Source: Diadema antillarum (Eukaryota). Taken from it: a stretch of 64,000 nt of DNA. The notes under the pieces were generated by a model that saw only the letters and a program-made list of their open reading frames with translations, made no database searches and was not told where the DNA came from. The stretch covers positions 806,001 to 870,000 of the forward strand of contig NW_027271250.1 of assembly GCF_040938485.1 (NCBI RefSeq), in the 5' to 3' direction. Positions 41,801-53,047 of this stretch are shown here, one piece after another. Numbering within the stretch: position 1 is the first letter of the stretch; each line of letters opens with the position of its first letter. Both the position numbers and the translations under genes were made by a program.

Positions 41801-44800
41801 ATGTTAGATTTTTCTTTTTTTTTGTGGGAAAGAGAGAGAGAGAGTGTGAAAGTTCAATGATGAATTCTAATCAACTCTTGCTTTTATTCAAATATAAAGT
41901 CATTGTGTTACTTTGATCATTATGTTTGCACTGTCATGTGATAGGACATTAAGACATCAATGTCAGACTGTCCATTTTTGCAATGTTTGCTTTTGCATCT
42001 TCGTAAAGAAAAACAGATGTGTACATTAATGTTTGAAATTAAGTTATGTTATCCCAAACAGGCTGCATTAAAAGAGTATGACATTTGTTTCAATTTGTTA
42101 TTCTTTATTACGGTCATATATATGACTGTAATAAATATATCATATATCATATTTATTATGTACCAGTATCAATTATATAACTTTTTGTGCGGAGTGTATA
42201 GCTAGAGCAAGGAGGACAAATGTAATATAATCAGTTGACATAAACAGATGCTTCAATCTTTCCCGTTGTTGTAGCGAATCCTTGGATCGGATGTTGAGCT
42301 GACCGTGCAGTCCTTTGGTAGTTCCATCTCCGGTGGCTTTGACTTTGATGCCAATACCTACCCAGACATCAGCATTGGTGCTTATGCCAATGACTCCGTC
42401 TACCTGTACAAGTGAGTCTGGCTGCAGTCACCTGCTACCTGTATTCTAGTTTTGGTATTGTACAGCTGGCTCAGTCACATGACTTATTTTTTAACTATTT
42501 GTGTTGACCTGAGTACATTATTACTCTGGGGAGGAGGCTGAGAAGGGCAAAGTTGTAGAATTAATGAACTTTACACCTTGGCAGCTAAGTCTTATCACAT
42601 TAACTTGTCCATACATTATGATGTCATGTGCATTGGTCGTAACTGTTAAATTTGATGATGATGATGATGATGATTGTCATTACTATTATAGAATGATAAA
42701 TAGATAGATAGATAAATAGATAAATAAACAAATAAATAAGTAGACAAATAAATAGATACATAAACAAATACATGAATACATAAATGAATAGACAAATGAA
42801 TGAATAGATACATAAACAAATATAAAATAACTGAATAAATAAATGTAAGGATTATAGTCATAATGATGATTAATTACGAACCGCATTCATTTTCATAAAA
42901 AGTAAAGTGTATAGCACCACAGATGTAGCATGTATGATGTATTATTCCAGAAGTGCTAGAGAAATAATGTAAACAGTGATAATACCAGTGGTATTGATAA
43001 TTCAATGTCAATTTCTTTGTGTGCAGAGATAGCCAATATCAGTAACTTGCTGGGTGTAAGTGTTGCAGTGAGATATGTTCTTTATAGCATGCCATCTGGT
43101 ATAATAAGATGGAGAGACTCATATCAGACACATCAAAACTGTTTGATCATTTCAGTGATTAATTCTGAAATTAATGAGCATGAACTAGCGCCCACAAGTG
43201 GAGACCATGGCCATCACGAAGAGAATTTTTTTTATTATTTATTTTTTTACTGAACAGTTTTTGTTTCGTTTATTCATTCCAATGGGGAAAAAAATGGTTA
43301 CAAAACACACAAAAACAATAATCAATTGAAATTGAATAAATGACATAATGCAGACAAACAAAGTTAAAGTTCACATTTTTGCCAAATCAAACAGTTCATG
43401 GAAATGAAAAAGAGAACTAGAGAAAAGCCTTGAGGCCTTGTATGAAATAAGTTCTCTCAAGTGTGTATGAGTACTAGAATACGGAGGCACACTGAATGTT
43501 TTACAGTTTCGAGACAAGAACAGAACCAAAACAACAGAAACATATAGATGTAACAATCATATGAAAAAGTGCAGAAAAAAGATATGGTTCAGTATTTCAG
43601 AATTACAATTTTCAAAAATCGCCTTTGAGTGTCCTGGCATGATGATAATGCATCAGTCAGGTGCACTAGGGTGTTAGAAATGATTTTTAGCTCACCTGAG
43701 CCAAAGGTTCAAGTGAGCTATTGCGATCGTTCTTCGTCCGGCGTCCGTCGTGCGTTAACTTTTGACATTTTCATCTTCTTCTTGAAAACCTCAAGACCGA
43801 TATTCACCAAACTTGGCAAGTAGCATCCCTAGGGGGTTAGGATCTCAATTTTAAAAATGGGCACCATACCCCACCCAGGGAGCCCCCAGGGGGGCCCAAC
43901 CCCCCCCCCCCCCCCAATTAAGGATTCTTTAAAAATCTTATTCTCTAGAACTAGAAGTGATAGAGCTAAGTTAATACTATGAGTTAGTACAATTACATTG
44001 ATGACTGTAGTTTAAAGTTTGTTCATGGCAGAATCAGGGGTCCCCCCTTGGGACCCAGGGGAGGGGGATGGGGAGAGGGGTCCTAATGGGGCCTTAATTG
44101 TATATTTTATTCTTCTTCTTCTTGAGAACCCCATGACCAATTTTTACCAAATATGGCAGGTAGCATCCCTCAGGATCTCAATTTGTTATAAAATGGGCAC
44201 CATTCCCCACCAAGGGGGCCCCCATTGGGCCCAATCCACAACCCCCCCCCAAAAAAAATAAAGAATCTTTAAAAACTTGTTTTCTAGAACCAGAAGTGAT
44301 AGAACTATTAAGTTAATACCATGAACTAGTTCATTGGTGACTATCGTTTCAAGTTTTTTTCATGGCGGAATCAGGGGTGCCCCCCCCCCCCCTTGGGACC
44401 CAGCGCAAGACCCCAGCGTCTCTTGTTGATCAATGATATCTGATGTTACAATGATGTCTGTATGTTTACCACATGAGATGTGCATATTCAACTAACTTGT
44501 AATAAGGGATTTGTTTCCTTCTAATCCCATTGACATGCTTCAAGTATTAGCTAAAAGCTTTGATGTGCATTTCTCGCTCCTTCCCCTCCTCCCCTCCAGG
44601 ACTAGGCCTCTATTGGACCTCATGGTAGACGTGACTCTAAACCCAGAACTCATGGATCCAGACAACCCAAGCTGTGTGGATCCTGTGAAAGGCACCTGTG
44701 TAGAGATTGATGTGTGTTTCAACTACATCGGACCTAGTCCAGCTGCTCTGCCAGACTCAATTGGTAGGTTGGCAGAGATTTTGGGCATTAGAATAATCTC

Positions 44801-47800
44801 TATAATAGGTCTTTCACCAGGGAGACTACTCCTCACATCTTCTTTGCTAGATGGTTGGTGGTAGTGATACTTATGTAGTCTTTTTCAGTGGCAGATCCAG
44901 AGGATTTGCACCAGGCATGTGCCCCCCTTTTTTTGTTAAAACAGAAGAAATGAAAAGAAAAAATATGGGGGCAAGTGTGCCCTCCTTTTTGTCGAGCCCA
45001 CCGGAGGTGTGGGGAGACTAAGGGATCGCCTGCGGCGTCCGTCCGTCCATCCGTCGTCTGTCCATAATGCTACAAAAACTTGAGTAACTCTCTTCTGAGG
45101 ATTTCAATTTCAATCAAACTTGGAGGGAAGAGTGGTTATACAAAGTTACACATTTTACCAAACATGAAGGGCACCTCAAGATCAAAGGTCACAGGCAGAG
45201 GTCAATGAACTTTTGGGCCCAATGTTAAGTTTTTAGGGCGCGTTTCGTTCATGGCTCGTAACTTTTGATGTATCTGTCTGTTTGTGACCAAACTTAGATG
45301 GTAGATGTCCCTTGGGAAGTTGAAGGTTACCACAAGGTCAAAGGTCAGACAGGGGTCGACAAACTTTTAGGGCCCAATGTTAAGTTTTTCTGGCGCATTT
45401 TGATTATGGCTCATAACTTTTGATCCCTTTGTCTGTTTGTGACCAAACTTGGATGGGAGATGTCGCTTGGGGAGTTGAAGGTCATCATAAGGTCAAAGGT
45501 CACATACAGGGGTCAACAAACTTTGAGGGCCCAATGTTAAGTTTTTATGGCGCGTTTTGATTATGGCCCATAACTTTTGATCCCTTTGTCTGTTTGTGAC
45601 CAAACTTAGATGGTAGATGTCCCTTGGGAAGTTGAAGGTTACCACAAGGTCAAAGGTCAGACAGGGGTCGACAAACTTTTAGGGCCCAATGTTAAGTTTT
45701 TCTGGCGCATTTTGATTATGGCTCATAACTTTTGATCCCTTTGTCTGTTTGTGACCAAACTTGGATGGGAGATGTCGCTTGGGGAGTTGAAGGTCATCAT
45801 AAGGTCAAAGGTCACATACAGGGGTCAACAAACTTTGAGGGCCCAATGTTAAGTTTTTATGGCGCGTTTTGATTATGGCCCATAACTTTTGATCCCTTTG
45901 TCTGTTTGTGACCAAACTTAGATGGTAGATGTCCCTTGGGGAGGTAAAGGTCATCACAAGGTCAAAGGTCAAATACAGGGGTCAACGAACTTTTAGGGCC
46001 CGATGTTAAGTTTTTAGGGCGCGGTTTGATTATGGCTCATAACTTTTGATCCCTATGTCCGTTTGTGACCAAACTTGGACGGTAGATGTCCCTTCAGGAA
46101 TAAAAGGTGATGACAAGGTCAAAGGTCACAGAAAGGGGTCAACAAATTTCTAGGGCCCATTGTTAAGCTTTTATGGTGCGCTTCGATTATGGCTCAGAAC
46201 TTTTGATCTCTTTGTCCGTTTGTGACCAATCTTGGATCATGGTAAATGTCCCTTGGGGGGTTGAATGCCACCACAAGGTCATAGGTCATAGGCAGGTCAA
46301 TGAACTTCTGGGAGTTAGAAAAATATTAATTTCTTATACACGAATGGGTGAGACACAATTTGGCACTTGCCTTGTATTTTGTTAATGCGCCTCTCCTTTA
46401 CAGAATTCTTGGATCCGCCCCTGTTCTTTATCTAGGTTAGCCTCTTCTGTATTGCTGCTTCTCGTCCAGAGGGCCCTATACCATTATTATTTCCCTAGGG
46501 TTGCCAGGTACCCATTTCTACACCTGGGTTAAGAGGAACATCATGGGCAAAATATGTTGTCTGAGGATGATCACAGCGTGCAGTGTTTGAACCCTCTGTC
46601 TTACCCTCTCTATCGTACTGCTCTTATATTTCTCCTACTTGAATGACACTTTGACACACATCACACTGGCTTTAAATCAAGAGTGGAACATTTGACACAT
46701 ATGACAGTCATCTCCAAACTAAAGATCAACTGGATGTGATACATTAAAAAAGTGGGAGATCATTGAAATTGTCAAGGGAGACTGTTTAAACTTCTATAAA
46801 CTATTAATATGTTTCTGTTTGAAATGGAGAATAAATGAATGAATAAAATGCAGCCTTATTCTTTTTTTTTTCTTTTTTTTTTGCTGGTTCGTCAGTTGCT
46901 TCAGCTTTCCCCGAGTTTGTCAGAAACAATGTCCCCATTCGGATGTAGTTCCCTTGTACTTGTTTTCAGGTGCTATATGCATGAATGTGACTTTCTTACC
47001 ATTAGTCTGTAATATATGTGACAGTGCACCTCAAAACGAACATAAAGTCGCACATACTGATTTTGCGTGAGGACTTAAAATAAGTGAAATGGGTCAATCT
47101 AGCCGAACTTGACTTTTTCATATTTTCTGAAAGAGTGGGTCTTCTTTTACATTATGCTAAAATTTGGTATCATAAAAAGGGCAGGAAAGTGTGTTTTTTT
47201 AGCAGTTTATATCGAACATTTTTGGTAGAATAGTGTGATTAGGTGTGTCATTAGAATCCCCTTTTCATTTCTGAAAAACCTTGTCCACACTCTTCACTTT
47301 CAACTCTAATAACTTTTGAAAGGATGATGCTACTGCTTTGAAAGTTGGCATTAATTATGGACAGAGTGTGTTAATGAGGCATGCTTAATTTCAGTTTAAT
47401 CTAATAATCTCTTCATTGTTGTTACTCTGGTGGTTTACTTCCTGTTTTTTGTCCCATTCATCGCACAGCCAGCACGGTTTGGTAAAGATGAGGCGCTTGA
47501 ATAGACACTGTACTTCAGAGCCTCTTTTCTCAGTTCACACTTTTCCTGAGTTTGTGCTTTCTTTCCAATATTTAGATAGGTTAGGACAGTCCATTTGATT
47601 TGAGTTTACATCATTTTAAAGCTTAAAGTCTGCTTTTTCAGAATATGGTCTTAACTAAGAATTCATGTCTGGCGACTTTTTGTTTGTTTTGAGGTGCAGG
47701 GTCACATATGCACCTCCATAATATGACTATATCACACTCTTATTCATCAGAGGTGATCTATGATGTTGCAATTGACAAGATCAAGTTGGTTGAAGGTTTG

Positions 47801-50800
47801 AGGCCCCGTTTTCTGATTGAGCAAGGTGACGAGATGGTATCCACGGTCAATAAAACGAAAACAATCTTCAAAGACCAAGAAACCTGCTTCAACTACACAG
47901 CCTATTTGCAGGTGAGTACTGTGAAAAAGGATCGGTGTAATAAAGTCCTGTAAAGAGCAAATGAAATGTAATAAAATAAGCTGATGTTGTGATTTGTTGC
48001 AATCCATGGCTGTTTATGACACAAACCCAACAGCTCAAACTTGTACTGAAAATGAAATGTTCATTATCTCTCGTTTCCTTAAGTACTAATGTATGATAAG
48101 GAGAGATGAACAAAGTTGCATTTTTCCCAGTGGTTCTACGAAACTAAACAATTGCTGAAAATGATTAGATTTGAACCACTGTTGATGAGCCTTTTAAAAA
48201 AATTCATTGAGAAAAAAACTTGATCAGACAGAAACATCACCTCCCTGTTTAGCTTCATGCCATACAGCAACTTTGCTGAGCAACTTTGCTGAGAGGAAAT
48301 GTCACCCTCCATGTCTTTCTCTATGTAAAGGACACAGCTACTGACTTCTTGACCGCCCTTCCAGTGGACGTCACCTACATTCTCATGGATTATGATGTGG
48401 AGCCACCGGCGCGTGGAGACGTTCCATACCGCTTCCCAGCCGGCCTGGCCCCTGTAATGAAGAGTTACCAGTGTGGACGTGAGACAGAAGAAAGACAGGT
48501 GAGGAGTAGGGGTTACAGATTTGGAAGGAAAGGTGGAGTTTTAGTGCCCACCACCCTCCTGAGTTGGGGGGATGGGTCACCACACATCAGATTTTTTATT
48601 TTTTTTTTTGCTCTGCCATTTATTAAATGTCTTCAATCCCGAAGNNNNNNNNNNNNNNNNNNNNNNNNNNNNNNNNNNNNNNNNNNNNNNNNNNNNNNNN
48701 NNNNNNNNNNNNNNNNNNNNNNNNNNNNNNNNNNNNNNNNNNNNNNNNNNNNNNNNNNNNNNNNNNNNNNNNNNNNNNNNNNNNNNNNNNNNNNNNNNNN
48801 NNNNNNNNNNNNNNNNNNNNNNNNNNNNNNNNNNNNNNNNNNNNNNNNNNNNNNNAAACCCTCTTTCTTCTTGCTAGAATACATTCTACTTCTTGTTTTG
48901 GCCTGTTCCATTATTTCTGTCACCTTTCTGAATGATCAAATCTTCATAAAAGAGACCAGACATTGCATTGCACACATATGTTTTTGTCATGATAGAGAAA
49001 TCCCAAAATATATAGATACAGTCTGCTGAAATCCTTAGTTATATAAGTGATATTTCCTTCATACCAAGATTACTGAACCTTCCTCAGACACATTATTGAT
49101 TTATCTGTTTCTTTTGTTTCTTTTCAAATTCAGGTTATGTTTGTCAGTGATTGTGGCAGTGATGCCGTGTGTGAAACAGACATCCGCCTCACAGGGAATG
49201 TAGAAACTGAAGGGTGAGAAAGCCTCAGGAATCTCTTCATTTTAACTTGTTCAGGATGAGCTGATTTTACTTCAACAAGCATTTGCCAGACACCTGCCGG
49301 AGTATACTCAAAACTAATTTTCAATGGGTTAATTTACTGGTATGCATCTGTCAAGATTCAAAGACCTATTTGGACATTGGCACACCAAATTAACTGTTTT
49401 CAGCTATAGTGAAATATAGAAAAAATAGTAAAAAAAGAAGGTTGTGAGCAGGGCCGATGCTGCATTTTTAAAAGTGGGGAGGGGCCCAGTTTATATTTCT
49501 GGTGTCACTCCCAGGTTAGACTCTATGTATTCCTGTGCATCATACAAGAAAGTATGTGGTCTTTTAATGATGTGGTCATTATTTTCTTATAAAGTTGTCA
49601 ATCAGAAATAATCAGAAATGCCATAAATCTTGTGACTTGTGAATGATTGCAGTTATTAGTATCATAACCATTATTGCCAATGTTTGATATGATTTAACAT
49701 GAAAGAATTTAAATGAACTTCAGTTAGCCTGACTTACATGATCATCAATTAAGTATCTGCTGTGCATTAGGTTGTGTGAGGGAGATCTTTTTTGACTCCC
49801 AAGCACAGAAAAATATGTTGTAAGATTCACCCCTGCAAAGATTACAATTAGAGTGATATTTATACAAGCAGGTTAATTGTCATCACTTTTTGGTTGACCT
49901 ATAAACCCATCACAGGGGTACAGCAAACCAAATAGTTGTTGGTGGTCCAGGCAAGCTCTACGTCAATGCACGCATCGCTAACGTTGGCGAAGAAGCCCAT
50001 CAAGCTCTCTTCACTGTGGATCATGTGACCGACATGCGATATGAGGGACTTGAAGTCAAGGAGGTAGATCATGCTTGAGTCATATGATTTTCATAGATAA
50101 TGGAGCGCTAAGATAAGCTTGTAGTTCCAGCTGATATTGGATATTTCTGAAGTGAATATTGGATCATGTATCACGGATCACTTTATATTCCTAACCATGG
50201 CTGTCCATGCCATTTTCTATGGATTCAAACAGGGCTCGACATTCACTTTTGTGTTTAGTGGCCTGTTTGAGCCACTGAAATCTTTAAAGTTGAATTGTTG
50301 GTGGTCTGAAATAAGAGCAAAAGTAATTATCCATTTTCAATCAATCTTAGCTGCTTGATTGGACCACTGAAAGATAAATTTAGTGGCCCAACAGCAATTC
50401 TTAGTTGCCCCTGGCCACCGCTGATGTCAAGCCGTGATTGAAACCAAACTTGATACATGGTTGACTTTGTAGAATTCTGTGTGTGTGGAGTGTTGTTTTT
50501 TTTTTCAAATTCTAAGCAGAAGACAGGTACAGGTATTCATGTTCATCATATGATGTTATATTTTGAGTCAGGAATAATTCAGAACATGCAAGAACATTTC
50601 ATACAGAAATAGAGGCCTCTCCAATGACCAATCATCACTTTGGTCTTTTTTTTTCATCTGACTGAACTACTGTATGCTATCATGATGTTTATCTTCAGGT
50701 GTCCTGCATTGATGACAGTGGTGAAGACGTCACAACAGGATGTAATGCAGGTCAAGAGTTAGTGACCTGTCAACCTACTCAGATCGACCTAGGATCCTCA

Positions 50801-53012
50801 AAAGTCACCTGTAACCTTGGTAACCCTATGAAGGCATATACAGCAGTAAGTAGAGTTTCTTTTTTTTTTTGTGCAAGTGCGTGTGGAGACAGTTGCATGG
50901 AAGGGAGCTCATGCTGCTCAGTCGATAGTGCGTAAACTAGTTTTCGCAATTATACTCCTGTGAAAGTGTCACTTTTGACCAAAATGTCTGCAGTTATGGG
51001 AAATCAAACAACGAAATATATTTCATGAGAATAGACAAAAACACATGTATCTGTATAAACCGATAAAGCTGTTCACAAGGATAATGATAATAGTAACATC
51101 CAATGGTAACAGTAATGATATCTAACATTTTATTACTGATAATGACAAAAGTGACAAAGATGGTGATGATGTTATCAGTTAAGATGACAGTGATAATGAT
51201 AATTAGATAGATTGAATGGTGGTAGTAATGGTGGTGATATCTCTTCCTACTTGATATATAAAGTTTTCTACATCAGAAATTGTTTCTCAGAATATTGAAC
51301 ACTAATCCGGTTACAACAGATTTCTCCTCTTCATAGCAGTATGAACAAACACTCAAATACCAACAAACATACACTTCTACAAACACACACACAAATACCC
51401 ACAAACATCCACTTCTACAAACACACATAAAAATACACCGTCCTATAAACATAAAGTCACACAAGCACCCTCAAACACTGACAAACATTCATTCGCACTA
51501 CACATACGGGCCATTCTCCCAAAAAGTGTGCAAAACTGTGATTTTCGTGTCACCAGCATGTTCATACAGTTTGAATTGATATTTTGTTCCTCAGAAATCA
51601 ATTTTTTTAGTTAAATTTATCCGAGAGGTTAGACCTGTAAAATACATATCAATAAAGCTATTGAGACATCCGGGATAATATTAGAAATATGATCCGAAGT
51701 TTGATGTAACCCTAAATACCCCATGTCGCCAGACAAGGCAGTGCCAGCGCTGTGGCATAGTGGATAAGACTCCCGACTCCCGATCGGAGGACCCGAGTTC
51801 GAATCCCACCCAGTGCTTACGTCCTTGGACAAGATGCTTTTACCCACCATGTCCCTCTCGACCCAGGTGTATAAATGGGTACCTGGCACCGCTAGGGTAA
51901 TAATAATGGCAGGGCCCTCTGGTAGAGCAGTGGTAACACTGAAGAGGCTACCCTGGGTAAATAAGACCTTATTATTATTATTATTATGCTCATATAACAA
52001 GTTGTTACTCGTTAACATATCATTCAAATCAAATCTTTTGTACCTCATTCCATTGACCTTCGAGTGCCTGAATGCAAAATAATATTACATAATAATGTGA
52101 TGTTTTTATATTTCTCTAAGAGATCATTTCTATCATTCCGCCAAATCGCGGTCAGATACATTACCCTTTTTCAGACTCTTGAGAGAAGATCAAAGAAATG
52201 CTGCATGGCAATGTAATTTCGTTTGTCAAACAAAGTCAACCTAACGCATACATGGAACCATGCTTTATTCATTGAATCTCTTGTTACAAAAAAATATACT
52301 GATCCAAAGCCGCAAATGCCTTATGTTATGATGAGCTGATATCAGATACGTTACCTAAACTTTGCTTCATTTAGAAAAAAAGTATGCTGTAAATAAAAAC
52401 AAAGCTCAGATACTCTTGAATAATTAAGGTAATGATTAATCACACAACAGAAATTGTTGGAGAAAATGAATAATTTTGTAGATAATAGTGTGAGAACGGT
52501 AATGGCACATCAGTTACGTTGCCATCAAACATGTCAGATACATTACCAATAAAATGTATTGTGCAGCAAGGCTAACCGCGACGCGCTTTTGTGCGCGGAT
52601 TTAACCGGTTGGCAATGTGTTCTATATAACTTGCTAAGAGGACATATAGCTTTAAGATGAATTAAAAGTTGATTTGGTGAAAATCGGTTTTGAAATGGCC
52701 GATATATCAAAAATAAAGTAAAAGAAAGAGGTCCTAACAAAATGTGATAGCTCATCTACTTTTATTTGGACTTCTTTCGTGTACTTTATTTTGGACATCT
52801 CAGTCATTTCACAACCGATTTCATGAAATGAATACTTAATTCTTCTTAGAGTTGTATGTTCTAGTATTTCGTATAAGTGGATTTCGATTATCTTGCAAAA
52901 AGTTAAAACCTAAATACTCATCTAAACCAGAACTGTACTATCCCTTAAAATTGTGGCATTTACAAAAAGGGATGTCAAACATACGTTACAAATTCATTTT
53001 ATTTCTGCTTTG

Positions 53013-53047
<35 letters not shown>

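Noticed and set aside
45180-46310. CRISPR-like periodicity
   Set aside because: Whole units repeat with no unique spacers; eukaryotic context and no cas genes
48286-49029. 247-aa ORF
   Set aside because: Real exon 48331-48498 plus read-through across an N-gap; the other X-containing ORFs are also artefacts
51746-51817. Possible tRNA gene
   Set aside because: Continues into a SINE core and (TTA)n tail, with no Pol III terminator
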